64,000 nt of DNA from Eledone cirrhosa (Eukaryota), in the NCBI GenBank assembly GCA_964016885.1, contig OZ024742.1:312728001-312792000 (forward strand), in the 5' to 3' direction. The position numbers were made by a program, and so were the translations under genes. The first letter of the stretch is position 1; every line of letters begins with the position of its first letter. This document shows positions 37,211-51,386 of the stretch, one piece after another. The notes below the pieces were generated by a model. That model was given only the letters and a program-made list of their open reading frames with translations. It had not been told where the DNA came from and did not search any database.

Positions 37211-38357
37211 CCTTTGAACGTTTGACGTTTGAAAAACATTTGAAAAATTAATTGTAAAATATTTTGGGAGCAGGAAGATGGGCCGCCCTGGCCAACAGGG
37301 CTCTGTACTTAAGCACACCTAAGCATAATAGAAAATCTAGCACTGGTGAGCATGAAGTTATAGAAATCTTGCCCAAACTGTAACATATGTGAGATGCTAC
37401 CTCTGGCCTGTCTGGTAGGAGAATAGCTCCAATTATGTACCGACTTAATTTGTGATGATCCATCTAACCCATGCCTAGCCCATGCTTGGCCCATGCCAGC
37501 ATGGAAGAATGGATCGTAAATGATGATGACGCTGAAGATGATGCTGATGATGATGAAGTTTGGCTCTCTTTGCTTTTTATGCTATGTAAACATGATTTAT
37601 AGGATAAATGATATATTGTAAGAAATTAGCAAGCTAAGATATTTTCCAAAAAAAACCTGAATTAAAATGAAAAGCTTCCATTTGTACACTTACAATGTAA
37701 CTGCTTTAGAAACATACCGAAGTTGATAAATACAGTTGTGGTTTTTATTGTTATTACTATTGTTGTTTGCTATGTATGGTTTTTTTAATTTTCTGTCTGT
37801 GCATGTGTATGTATGGGTACACACTCATGTTTATGAGTGCTAATTGTATCTCTGTGTTTATGTCTGTGTGTGAGTGTATGTATGTGTGTCCGAGTATTTG
37901 TGGGTACATATTCATGTGTACAAGTGCTATGTATAACTGTATGTATATTGGTGTAGATATATGTGTGTATATATATATGTGTAAATATATATATTTAGAG
38001 TTTGTTTTAACTATCACAACCACAGTCATACTGGAACACAGACTTCTTATGTCTATGAGTGTGCGTGTGTGTGTGTATGTATGTCCGAGTATTTGTTGAT
38101 ACATATTCATGTGTATGAGCGCTATGTATAACTGCATGTATATTTGTATATATACATATATACAAATATATACACATATAAATACACATATATATATACA
38201 AATATGTCTACAGGTATACATAATCAAACTATAAATATATATATTTACACATATACATACACACACACATATATATATATATACATATATATATATATGT
38301 GTATGACCATGGTTGTGATATTAAAACAAACTATATATATATATACACATATACATG

Positions 38358-38403
<46 letters not shown>

Positions 38404-38585
38404 AATATATATACAGTTATACATAATCAAACTATAAATATATATATTTACACATATACATACACACACATATATATATATATATATATACATATATATG
38501 TATATATATATATATATATGTGTGTGTATGTATATGTGTAAATATATATATTTATAGTTTGATTATGTATAACTGTATATATATT

Positions 38586-38663
<78 letters not shown>

Positions 38664-40969
38664 TGTATATGTGTATATATATATATATAGTTTGTTTTAA
38701 TATCACAACCATGGTCATACTGGAGCACAAACTTCAATATAGTGTCTAGTATTAAAATTGTTTTAGCTTCATTACAGTTCTTCTTTTTTATATTCAAACA
38801 AAGAAGAAACCTGACAAACTCAAAGCTCTTTCTTTTGGTTAGAAGCCAGAAATGTTTCTTTTGAATGAATTAGAAAAATAAATTATTGGAGAAAGAGTCA
38901 GTGAAAAAATCCCCCTTTGATCTAAACTAATGATATATATACAACTGTTTGATTGTGTATATATTTGAATCACAAATGTTTCCAATTAAAGCAAGTCAAT
39001 GATTATTGGCACACCGAGAAACTAGTGGACAATATATACATATTATTCTTGTTTGATTTATTTGTTACTTCCATTAAACTTTCATTCAGTTAGCAATATA
39101 TCATCATACTGTTATTTTGTTTTACTTGTTTCATCTCAGTATTTTTCTTATCATTGACTAGATTTTTACTCTAACATTCTGATGATACTCTTGGAAATGA
39201 CATGAATGTCACAACTTCTAATATACATACATATATATATATATATTTATATATTTATATATATATGTATGTGGAGGCACATGGCTTAGTGGTTAGAGCA
39301 TTGGGCTTGCAATCGAAAGGTTGTGAGTTAAGAAAGAATGAGAAATACGATAGATTGAGGGGACGGGCTGTTGGAATTGAAGAAAATGTCTTTAGATAAA
39401 AATAACAGGTATATGTTTCAAATGTAAATCATATATGTATATATATATATATATAGAGAGAGAGAGAAAGGACCATGTATCCTGAACAAAGTCTATTGAG
39501 CTTGTTTATTGAGAAGCACAAAAATCTAACATTTGATATGTTTTGATTCCTCACATTTATGTATGTGTATATATATATATATACACACACATACACATGA
39601 ATAAATGATATATATATATTAAACGATGATGATGATGATGATGATGATATATATATATATCACTTATTCATATATACAAAATCATTATTATTTGAGAAAA
39701 TAAGTATATAAATTTTTTGGCAGACTAAGATTATGATATAGCTTTTATTTGTTGTTATTGTTGTTACTTAACCCCAGATTATCCCTGATCAAGTATATTT
39801 ATATTCCAGCCCAGAATATCTCATCAAGAAAAATATATTTCTAATTGTTTCTTCATTTTTTTAAGCTGGAGGTTGTGATATGAGAGATATTTGGCTGCTA
39901 TTTCTAGCAGGTTGTGTGACTATGTACAGTAGAGGCATAAAAATCTTCAGCCATCGTAACATTTTGACTTTATTCTAATTTGAAACTCTTCTCTGATGAA
40001 GTCTCTAAAATCTCATATGAAAAAATCCAATTTATCCTGATATCAATCTGCCCTCAACTGTCGTTGGTTCTATGAAACAAAATTATTTATTTTAACTCTA
40101 ATCATCTTGCAATGATTTAGCAGAAAATATTTAAAGACAGGTTTGTTAGTTCAATGTTTATACTATCTTTACTAGTTGACAGCAGATCATTGGGGAAATT
40201 AAACATTAAAGTCTTTACTTTTTTATTATTAAAGTTTAATTAGATGCAGTCATAATGCTGTTTTATAAGTTTCAAGAACGATGTTAAAAGTTAAAGAGTT
40301 TCTGTTGAAATTAAAACCTATCAATATAATTTTATATGAGAAACTTTTGTTAAGTTATGTTACTGATACTATCTTAATCATGGAAGAATAGTTTTAGTAA
40401 AACACTCCAAACTGTTCATTAATTAATTGAAATACAGTGTATGGTCATGAAAAGGTTAAGCCTGAAGACGAAACCAATCATTTATTGTTAGTTCTATATC
40501 TATGAATTAATAAAATCAAAGATTCATTTTTTTTTAGCACAGGACTGAGCTAAATGGCAGCAGGCCATAATACAAAATATCTACCCCTCCGTACAAGCAT
40601 TGTAATACAGAAAGTAATGTAGTGAGTGACCAGAGGCTACCATGCCAAATATGGAAGATATGAGTAAAATGGATTGTATGTGACCTTTCTGGTCTCAGAT
40701 CATGACAACCCATCTAACTCATGGCAGCATGGAAAGTGAATATAAAATTATGAAAAAGTTGGTTATTTTATTAAATTCTTCCCAATTTTCAAAATTATTT
40801 TCAAATTAATTGAAATACATTAGAAATGTTATAACAAAAGGGTTAAACATATTTGTTTCCTACAGTAATATTTCATGACAAACGTCACAGCTTTCTGAAT
40901 TGATAATATACCAGTATGCTAACCAAAGAGGTTAATGGTTCATATTTCCAATCTGGCGCTGTTAGAATT

Positions 40970-41176
40970 AATTGTTTCTACTTTACGCACAAGGCCAGGG
41001 AAGGGAAAGTCGGTTAAATCGACCCCAGTGCATTACTGGTGCTTTATTTTTTCAACCTCATAAGGATGAAAGGCAAAACTAACCTCAGTTAGATTTGAAC
41101 TCAGAACGTAAAGGGCCATAACTCTATACCGCAAAGCATGGTGTCCGACGCCCTACTGATACTGCCAATCCACCGC
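40970..41176 (-). mobile_element. tRNA-derived SINE (family A)
   Basis: Family A consensus on the minus strand. Confidence 0.8.
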
Positions 41177-42225
41177 TCTGTAGAAATAATAATGACTAAG
41201 TTGACATAAGTGAGTTCAAAACCATCACAGTTGTTTATTTGTGTGTTTAATCAGTAGACTTAGGTTTAACTTATTATTTTCCCCCAACTGTCAGAAATCA
41301 GTTTCAGATCATTGAGGAATGTTATTTGAGATGGCCTAGTATCCTATCCAGGAGGCATTTTAACTGTTGTTAAGCACTGACTGACTGACCTGAGTTTAAA
41401 ATATATTTATTTATATTTCCATTACATCACCAGTAAAAAACTGCATTACAAGTAAACAGACTTAAAGCATGCAGGTACCACCCATCTGGCTACCTTGCTG
41501 TAATTAGACACTGTGGTATAATTTACTTCTCTGAAAGCTGCAGGTGTATTAAATGACTTTTCACCCTCACTTCTGATATATCAAAAGTCATAGAGATAAT
41601 TATAAAGAAGCACTCCCTTATAATCTAAGATCTTTTTCTTGCTCAATTGATTACCTGTAGGCCTCTGTTGAGCCATAAATCCGGTTCAATAGAAAACTAG
41701 TACTCCACCCTTTTGATCTAAGTCTTTAACCTTTTCATGACTGTGTTTCTAATGAAATACATTCTATTTCAATTAATTAATGGAGAATTTCGAGGGATTT
41801 ACTAATATTATTAATTATCTTATTACTAAGATAGTGAATAAACACATGGTTCTTATATAAATATTATGTTGAAAGATTTTAATTTAAATATAATTCCTTT
41901 TTCACAGAACCAGAGATTGTTTTGAGTGGGTTGATAACAAAAGGGTTAAAAGAAGTGGAAAGAATAAAGACCTATTCAGCTCATGTACAGTATGTTTTAT
42001 CATCATGATGCTGGCGTAAGTTGGATGGGTCATCATGAACAAAGCAGTGACTTAATCCAAATTACTGTCCTCTCGCCAAATAGTAAATATGCATCTTGTC
42101 TCGCTGTGAGTACTTAAGTTGCAACAATGATTAAGGTAGGAGTAGCAGAGTCATTTCAATATCTTTACATATCATCAGCATGTGCTTACCTATTCATCAT
42201 CTTGGTATAGTGGTTGCATAGATTG

Positions 42226-42460
42226 TCATGGCTCTCCCTTTCCATCTCTCTCGGTTTTCCATTGTTCATGGTGGGTCCTCCAGATTGCACTCAACATCTC
42301 ACATAGTTGTCTGATGTAGGTTCTGTGGGGTTTGTCTGCATTGGAATGCCCATGCTTTAGTGTCCATAACAACACATCACTGATAATTTCTTCCTTTGCT
42401 CTCCAGCAGTGTCCCATGAATCAGATTTGTCTCTCTCAGATGGTATAAGAGATTGAAAGT
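42226..42460 (-). pseudogene. Old RTE-group LINE C-terminal fragment
   Basis: GHCWRAKEEIISDVLLW..HGHSN.DKPHRTYIRQL resembles the RTE C-terminal region. Confidence 0.65.
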
Positions 42461-43676
42461 AAATGGCCATAAAGTTGATTACCTACCACTGGATGCTATA
42501 GTATGGAAGTAACTATCATCTTACAGATTTTTGTAAAAAGCTATTTGGGGTGAAGGCTTATTTACATATAGTGCAAGCTTGACTGGCTAGTATTAATTAG
42601 CCTAAGTCTAAAGTCTGTTTAAGTCAGAAGGCTCGTTAGGCTGGTGCTTATCCTAGTTTCATGGCATGAAGCAACTGAGAGTACAAGTCTCACCCCTGGA
42701 CAGGATGCCAGTCCACCGCAGAGTTAACCCCCCAGTTATAGCTGGAACTCATTTACAGCTGAGTATACTGGAGCATTGGGAAATGTAGTGTTTTGCTCAA
42801 GAACACAGCATGCAAACCAGCCCAGGAATCAAACCCACAACATTATGATTATAAGTCCAACACCCTTACCACTTGGCCATGTACTTCCATTATTAATTAG
42901 CAATAGCACTAAAACTAAAATGGCATGAGTAAGAATACAGGTGTATATGAACCTAAATACAATATGTTTAAGGCAGAAAATTGGCAGAGTTGTTAGAATG
43001 TCTGATGTAGCATTTTGTGATATTCCTTCTAGCTCTCTGAGTTCAATCCAGCCAAGGTCAACTTTACTTTTCCTCCATTCGAGGTAAATAAAAAAAGTAC
43101 CAGTCTAGTACTGGGCTCGATTCTTCTATATTTTTTCTCACTTCCTTTCTTTCACTCTCTATCCTTCTCTGAAAGAATTCTGTTGTACTCAGGCATGGAG
43201 AGTGGATGGACTTGGCCAGGTTAAAAAATGCCCTAAGAAACACTGTATGTCAATATGATGTCCCTATAGATCTCTTAGTAGTTACAGGTCCATACCATAC
43301 CATACAATATGTTTATTTATAATATGTTTACGTATAACATACATCTAGTCTTGCTCAGAGTATTTAAGCTACAAACATGTTGGAGTTACTTCAATAACCA
43401 GAGCAAGAGTGGCACATGTATTTCAATATCTTTACATAATGCTAGTATGTGATTAGCTACTCTCAGATGTCAAGATATGGAAGTCAATATCTTACAGAAT
43501 TTTGTAAGCAAACTATTTCTTATGAAGCCTTGTTTACATAGTGTGCAAGCTTGACTGGCTAGTATGAATTAACAATAGCACTAACACAGTGGGATTCAGA
43601 TTAAAGGCATATATAGACCTATATACAATGTTTGATCATTTTCATTTCACATATATTTTCCATGCATAGTTTAGAC

Positions 43677-44247
43677 CAGAGGTTCTCAAAGTGGGCGCTA
43701 CCACCCCAGGGGGTCATTGAGAAGGTCCAGGGGGGGGGGGTGCAACCTAAGGGGGCAGTTTAGAGATGATATAATAGTATATTAAATATCAAATATTACA
43801 TATATATAAAAATATAGTAAAATAAATAATATATATTTATTTATAAGTAAGTTTGTTTTGAAACAGCGAGTGAGTTTGAAAATAGAAGCTTTCACCGTAT
43901 TTTTGACAAAAGAAATTTTAGCATGATAGTGAGGTTTAGAATCCTCTACAAAATGGGAAAAGATGAATAGTCAATACTCATCATTTTCCATTTCTTAGAG
44001 GGTTCTAAACCCCACTATCAGGTTAACATTTTATTAGTAAATAATATGGCAAAAGCTTCTATTTCTATTTCTATTTATTCATACATAGTATATATATTTT
44101 TTATTAGAAATTAATAATTTTATTTATTATATATTATTTACAATTTTCATGTAGGCAGATCTCTCTGGAAATAGGGTTAGTGGGGCGCTGAGGCTATTAC
44201 ATGGCCATGACAGGTGGCCGTGGTCCAATAAGTTTCAGAAGCTCTGG
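43677..44247. mobile_element. hAT-like MITE containing a ~185-bp internal palindrome (43880-44064)
   Basis: Ends ccagaggttctcaaa and tttcagaagctctgg. Internal arms aaatagaagcttt..gatagtgaggtttagaatcctcta and tagagggttctaaaccccactatc..aaagcttctattt. Confidence 0.6.
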
Positions 44248-44865
44248 GTTAAATGGGTTGTCAAGATAAGAAGTTGGGCAGATCATAAGACTGTATCTCA
44301 CTCATGTTACATTCTGGCATGGTTTCTACTGCTGGATGCTCTTCCTAACACCAACTACTTCACAGTGTGTACCAAGTGCATTATATCATGGCACTGCCAC
44401 TATCACCTGACGAGAGTAGACTAGGTGTTTTTATTGTGGCACCAACACATGTATGATAAACATACATCTAGTGTTACTGTGAGTAGTATTTCAGCAGTAA
44501 ATATATCACAGCTACTTTAGTTGCTAATTTAAGAGAAGAACTGTTTCATTAGCTAATTAGATATCTTGTTTTTCAAGTTGCAAATTTGTCCTTAGATTTG
44601 AAGTAGGCCAGTCGATAGAAATCAATATTATTAAAAGAGTTGTAACATTGAGCAAAAGGTAAAATCTACTTGCTAAGTGACTGTTTCTATTCTGGATTAG
44701 TCCTTAAACAAAATAAGGACAAGCTTAGGGCATCAAGGGAAGAAGAGCACCATTTTATTAAAATTAAATGTATTTGTCATCCGCTTAAATCAATTGTTTT
44801 ACAGACTTTATATATAGACAGGCATCATAATCTTTTGAAGTGTTTAGAGTTTCAAAAGGACTTAA

Positions 44866-45079
44866 CCCTTTAGCATTTAAACCAGCCATATCTGGCCAGA
44901 ATTCTCTCACCTCTTTTTGTTCAAACTGGTTGTAACCGGTCCCTCATACTTCTTAAGGTATTGTTCTTAACATAAATAATATCAAAATTTCAAAGATATT
45001 ATGTGAAATAATTATATGAGATAAAGCCTTTACCGTGAAAATATAATAGTAAATATAGAGTAATGTAAATACTAAAGGG
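44866..45079 (-). mobile_element. piggyBac-type MITE
   Basis: TTAA|CCCTTTAG...CTAAAGGG|TTAA. Confidence 0.85.
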
Positions 45080-45849
45080 TTAATCTGATTCTGTTTCTAT
45101 TGAGTTATCAATATTTTTAGGAATGGCCTGAATGTTACATGAGCCAACGAGTTTTTCTTTCTCTGAAGTTTAAAATATTTTCTTTGAAAACAACATTTTT
45201 TCATGGACCTCCAAAATACTACTGTGGACCCCCTATTTACTATGTTTTTGTGTGGACCCCAAGATTTTTATACAGATTCCCCCATGTCTATATAGACCCC
45301 AGTTGAGAACCACTGCACTAGGGTATCTCTTTAGTTGTGTCAAAAACACGACACCCTCTTTAGCACTGGTGCCACAATAAAATTCAGTAGAGTGTAAAAG
45401 ATATGTAAGTGAGATGTGGGCCTGCAGCCTGTCCAAGATTTGGAAGAGTGTGGTAATGTATGTAAACTAGATATAGGTCACCAGGCTGTCTGAGAGGTCA
45501 GTAGCTCTACCTGAGTAATGACTGTTGGTGAAGACTTGTTCAACCCTTGCCAGTAGGGAACATGGACAGTAAATGTTGATTATGATGACAACTCAAAATA
45601 GTTAAATGATTCACTTGTTTGCGGAATACTCAGCCACTTTCAAATTAATTTAATTGTTTCTACTTTAGGCACAAGGCCAGCAATTACCCAGTGCATTACT
45701 GGTACTTTATTTTATCGACCCCATAAGGATGAAAGGCAAAGTCAATTAATGTCAAATCTTCAGCTGAATGAATCACTAAATACTAATCATTAACCCTGAT
45801 GAAGGATCTATTATAATAAGGGATAAAAAAGGGTAAAAATCATCTTCAG

Positions 45850-46168
45850 TCACAAATGACCATGGGTTTTGCACCTAGAAAGTTCCCTTCTGATGTACAA
45901 GCCAGGCAAAGTGTTTTTGTGGAAGACCAGCAGTTGCGCATGCATACCAATTTCCCTTCTCTGTGCCACCAATGTTGTCCAAGGGAAAGGTAAAGGCCAA
46001 TACAGCTTGGCACCAGTGACATTTCAACTCATTTCTACAGCAGAGTGAACTAGAGCAATGTGAAATAAAGTATCATGCTGAAGGACACAACACATTGCTT
46101 TGTCTTGGAATCAAACTCACAATCTCATGATTGTGAGCCACTAAAACCCCTGAGCTACGTGCCTTCAT
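45850..46168 (-). mobile_element. tRNA-derived SINE (family B-related)
   Basis: Reverse complement: gaaggcacgtagctcagggg...gagtttgattcc...tttatttcacattgctctagttcactc. Confidence 0.65.
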
Positions 46169-46667
46169 ATATTATAATACTTTATATATTATAATTTTCT
46201 TTAATTATTAATACTTTCAAAATTCAAATATAAACTAGAATTAGAAATCCTACTATTTTGATTTGTAAAAATAAAATGCTTTTCACTTAAAAGGGTAAAC
46301 CAATTTGTTACCATATTTTTAAGGAAAGACACTGTTTATAATTTAAAAATAATTTTGAACATAAGCATTTGCAGGGATTTAGTAATATAACTAACTTTGC
46401 CATCATTAGGATGGTATTTGGTTGCATAGCTAAACAAAGGTTCTTATATAAAATTACGGTTTACATGTTTTTAGATAGATATAAACATTTTAAAAGAAAC
46501 AGTTTTGTATTATAGAACCTGAAACATTTTCAGGCAGTTTGATATCAAGAAGGTTCAGTACTAAAATCAATTATGTATTAAAATAATAGGAATTTATATT
46601 GAAAACTTCAAAGCATGAAAGTTATTGGCAAATAATACATGAATTAGAGGTAGCTGTACATTATTAA

Positions 46668-47064
46668 CCCTTTAGCATTTACATTATTCTATATTTAAGG
46701 GCGGTAGATTGGCAGTATCAGTAGAGTATCAGACACCATGCTTTGCAGCATAGAGTTATAACCCTTTACGTTCTGAGTTCAAATCCCACTGAAGTTAACT
46801 TTGCCCTTCATCCTTACGGGGTCGATAAAATAAAGCACCAGTAATGTACTGGGGTAATTACTGGCCTTGTGCCAGAAGTAGAAATAATTATTCTATATTT
46901 ACTATTATATTTTCACAGTAAAGGCTTTATTTTACATAATTATCTCACATAATACTGAATTGAGATTTTGATAACAATACCTTAATGTAGGGTTGAGTGG
47001 CCAGTCACAGCTGGTTTGAGCAGAAAGAGGTGAGAGAGTTCCGGTTGATTTAAATGCTAAAGGG
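46668..47064 (+). mobile_element. piggyBac-type MITE with nested family A SINE (46698-46887)
   Basis: TTAA-flanked TIRs; SINE flanked by target-site duplication attattctatattta. Confidence 0.88.
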
Positions 47065-47519
47065 TTAAGTAGTATCATCCACTGAAAGTGGAAGATATTA
47101 GTGATAGAGGAAGGGCACGGATTACATGAGAACAGGATGCTAGATAATACAAATGAGATGAATCAGGATTGACAATAATGGTATTATGTCACCACTTAAT
47201 GTGTAATGCTACTGTACATGAATTTCAACAGATTAGTTGAGAGAAAAACTAGATATATGATGAATCATATGTAATGTGCAGAATAGAAGATTGCATTGGT
47301 ATGGATGTGTGATGCTTATGGATGATGATCATTGGGTGAAGAACTGTCAGGCTTTCTAAGTGGAAGGTAACCACAATGGAAAAGAACCCAGAAAGATCTG
47401 GATAGAGGTGGTGAAAGCTGATCTCAGGATATTGAACCTCACAAAAAAATGACAAGTGGTAAGATACAGTACTGGAAAAGACATGTCTAACCCTTGCAAA
47501 CATGAAAAATATACAAAAT

Positions 47520-48018
47520 TTGATGATGATGATGATGATGATATGATGAAGATGATAATGATGAAGATGATAATGATAATGATGATGATCATGATGATAA
47601 TGATGATGATCATGATGATAATGATGATGAGATCATGATGATGATGGTGATAATGACGATGGTGATGCTGATGGTGATGATGATGGTGATAATGATGATG
47701 ATGATACTGATGATGGTGAGGAGGAGGAGGAGGAGGAGGAGGAGGAGGAGGAGGAAGAGGAAGAAGAGCAAAAGGGAGAAAACAGGGAAGAGATGATGAT
47801 GATGATGATCATGATGATGATGAGGAGGAGGAGGAGGAGGAGTAAGAGGAAGAAATGGGGAAGAGATGATGATGATGATGATGGTGATGTGGAGGAGGAG
47901 GAGGAAGAGGAATTCGAGCAAAAAGAAGGAAATGGGGAAGAGATGATGATGCCGATGATGATGCCGATGATGATGACGAAGATGATGAATATGATGATGA
48001 TGATGATGACGATAATGA
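47520..48018. repeat. (GAT)n/(GAG)n low-complexity expansion downstream of an RTE 3' remnant (47240-47540)
   Basis: Direct reading. Confidence 0.85.
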
Positions 48019-48335
48019 TCCTTTGTTGCTCAATAGTCCTATTTTAAAAACTCAGAACTAAAATAAAACTAATGGTACCTATTAGAGCTGATCATCCCCT
48101 CCATGTTATTACTTCTCATTCCACAATTTCTAAAGGTTACTCCTAGATTCAAAGGAATGTAGAAATAAATTGTTTTCGGTTGTTTTTATATATATATGAC
48201 AAATCACAAAATACTGACGATAACAGTTAAATTTGGTTTTCAGTGGGTGGTTCAGAACTATCCTTAATTTTATTTCTATCATTATTATTATTGTTATTAT
48301 TATTATTATTCCTTGAATCTCGGTCATTGATGTTG

Positions 48336-48389
<54 letters not shown>

Positions 48390-48579
48390 GTGGTCAGGGT
48401 GGCCATGGTCTTTTGTGTGGTTTTCGCCACGAGTAACCCTCGGAGGTTTCCCCCCTTATTGGGGAATATTTCATTGTTTCAATTTTCATTTTTATTGTTT
48501 ATATATATATGTTTCTATGTCCTTTTTTTTCTTTTCTTATATAAATAATAAAAATCTTTACACGCACCAAACCCACATC

Positions 48580-48660
48580 GTACCGCCCTGTACCGCCCTG
48601 TACCGCCCTGTACCGCCCTGTACCGTCCTGTACCGTCCTGTGTCGTCCTGTGTCGTCTGT
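48580..48660. repeat. 10-bp tandem repeat (gtaccgccct)n
   Basis: Direct reading. Confidence 0.85.
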
Positions 48661-48723
48661 AATGTTTTTCTTGATGTCAGCCCTTGTGGCCAATAAAGAA
48701 ATCATTATTATTATTGTTATTTA

Positions 48724-50023
48724 GGGTGGTGGATTGGCTGTATTGGTAGAGTGTCAGACACCATTCTTTGCAGAATAGAGTTACGTCCAGAGGTTAGCTT
48801 TGCCTTTCATCCTTATGGGGTCGATAAAATAAAGTACCAGTCACGCACTGGGGTCTACTTAATCGACTTTCCCTTCCCCCAAAATTGCTGGTCTTGTGCC
48901 TATATAAGAAACCATTATTATTATTATTATTATTTAGGGCAGTGGATTGGCAGTATCAGTAGAGAGTCGGACTCCATGCTTTGCAGCATAGAGTTACGGC
49001 CCTTTACGGTATCAGTTCAAATCCCGCCGAGGTTAGCTTTGCCTTTCATACTTACGGGGTCAATAAAATAAAGTACCAGTAATACACTGGAGTAATTGCT
49101 GGCCTTGTGCCTAAAGTAGAAACAATTATTATTATTTAGGGCAGTGGATTGGCAGTATCAGTCAAGAGTCAGATACTATGCTTTGCATCATAGAGTTATG
49201 GCCCTTTACGTTTTTATTTCAAATCCCACCGAGGTTAGCTTTGCGTTTGATCATTACAGGGTCGATAAAATAAAGTATCAGCAATGCACTGGGGTTGATT
49301 TAATTGACTTTCCCCTCTCCCAAAATTGTTAGCCTTGTGCCTAAATCAGAAACCTACGTATAGAGTTACGGTCCTTGCTATTCTGAGTTCAAATCCCACC
49401 AAGGTTAACTTTGCCTTTCATCCTTACGGGGTTGATAAAATAAAGTACCAGTAATGTACTGGGTAATTGCTGGCCTTGTGCCTAAAGTAGAAACAATTAT
49501 TATTATTATTATTATTATTATTTTTTTTTTTTTCATTTATCTTGCTTCATATGAGTTATCACGAAGTCACAACCAGTGACGTCAAGAGACAACAAGGTCT
49601 GCCATGTTCAAGAAAGAACACATTCACACATACATGTATCTTTAGATGTTTAGAATTGTCATGTATTTATATTGACAGAATCTTCCTTAGTATATGGACA
49701 GTTCCCATTAGTACTATCTTTTGTATTTCTTCTATTATCATTGCGGCCGATAAAATAAAGCAACAGTAATGAACTGGGATAATTGGTGGCCTTGTGCCAA
49801 AAGTAGAAACAATTATTATTATTATTATGTCTAAAGGCGGTGGATTGGCAGTATCGATGGAGGGTTGGACGCCATGCTTTCCAGCATAGAGTTACGGCCC
49901 TTTACGTTCTGAGTTCAAATCGCGCCGAGGTTAACTTTGCCTTTCATCCTTACAGGGTCGATAAAATAAAGTACCAGTAATGCATTGAGGTAAATGCTGG
50001 CCTTGTGCCAAAAGTAGAAACAT
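48724..50023 (+). mobile_element. Head-to-tail cluster of ~6 family A SINEs
   Basis: Copies start near 48724, 48936, 49138, 49358 (partial), 49746 (partial) and 49835, mostly separated by (TTA)n. Confidence 0.85.
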
Positions 50024-50219
50024 TATTATTATTATGTCTATTATTTTAGCGTTTCATTGCCCATATTCATGTTAACCTTATTTCTAAATATTTATCTTCG
50101 GATATTATCATCTATTGGGAAAGATATATTAATTAAAAGGCATTTAGTTTCCTGGTGGTCTTTGATTAATATATCTTGCTGATGTCAATTAGCTTTGATC
50201 TCCCTCTCTCTGTCTGCCG

Positions 50220-50260
<41 letters not shown>

Positions 50261-50329
50261 TCTCTCTCTCTCTTTGCATGCCTATCTCACCTCTTCTCTG
50301 TTAGTACTTCATAATACTGGCATAACTTG

Positions 50330-50640
50330 CAGCATATGTAAATCCAAATTCAAACTTTCCCATGTCTATGGATGCACATTTTTCTTCTTGGCTACCAGTG
50401 AGCAACAAGGGAGTATGTGGTTAACTGTTTGCTCCCTATCTCCATATAATCTGCAGTTACTTATTGTGTTCTACTTAATTGTCTACTTTAAGTGGTTTCT
50501 AGAAAGGAGAAGCCAGTTTCAACTTTGAATCTTGCACTTCTTATCCTGTGTTATGCATTTTTCTTGCCTATTTCTTCCTTGTCCATCTTTTCCAGGTATT
50601 GGCCATGTAAGGGCTTTTCTTACCATCATTTTATAACAGT
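50330..50640 (-). pseudogene. R4/Dong-like LINE fragment (region upstream of the zinc knuckle)
   Basis: Minus strand reads W*EKPLHGQYLEKMDKEEI...RFKVETG, the conserved W..KPLHGQ..ETEG pattern. Confidence 0.6.
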
Positions 50641-51386
50641 ATTCTGTTGCTCTATTTTTAGCTTAGTTTTTAACCTTTTCACCATTTCTACTGTTGTCTG
50701 TTTCTTCTTTTCTTTCATAACTCTCTGTCATTTCAGCCTGTGTTTTATTTGTTGGTTCCTTTGAAGACAAAATAATTTTGTTTGTTTTGTTTATATTTTA
50801 TAGCTATTTGTATTATTTGTATTAGCTTCCCATCATTTTTATTAGGTATTTTTGTAGTCTTTCAGTAGATATTTTATATTATATAGTTTATATATTTTAT
50901 GTATAATAATTTTCTAGTTGATTAAAGCCACAATTTTCTTGTATTCATTATAAATATAATCATTGTATATATTGGGTGAGGTATTTATTTATTTATTTAT
51001 TTATTCAATTTAAACGTCTGTATAGAGTTAGTAAGCCATGACAGACTAGGGGAAGTATCGAGTACTCCTTACAGTTGGTAATCAAAAAGAGTTAGTGAGA
51101 CAAGTAATAAAAAAATATATAAATTAAAAGGGAAAAAAATAAATAAAATAAAATAAAATTTTCAATACCGAAGGCCAATGGGAGGCAGATTATGCCTAAG
51201 AAAAGAAAAAAGAAAAGAGGAAACAAGGGAAGCTGTAAAACAGTTAGAAATTTCTGTTGTTGAATCTTTTCATAGCTTCCATGTACTCAAAGATTTGTAA
51301 TCATACATTCAGCTTCTAATCTTGGTAGTTGTTTAAAGATTGGTTTCAACATGGCCTCTCTCTCAGACTGATAGTTTCTACATTGG

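Noticed and set aside
45793-45830. CTGATGAAGG motif (similar at 39993) as a hammerhead
   Set aside because: No stem II followed by GAAA and stem III.
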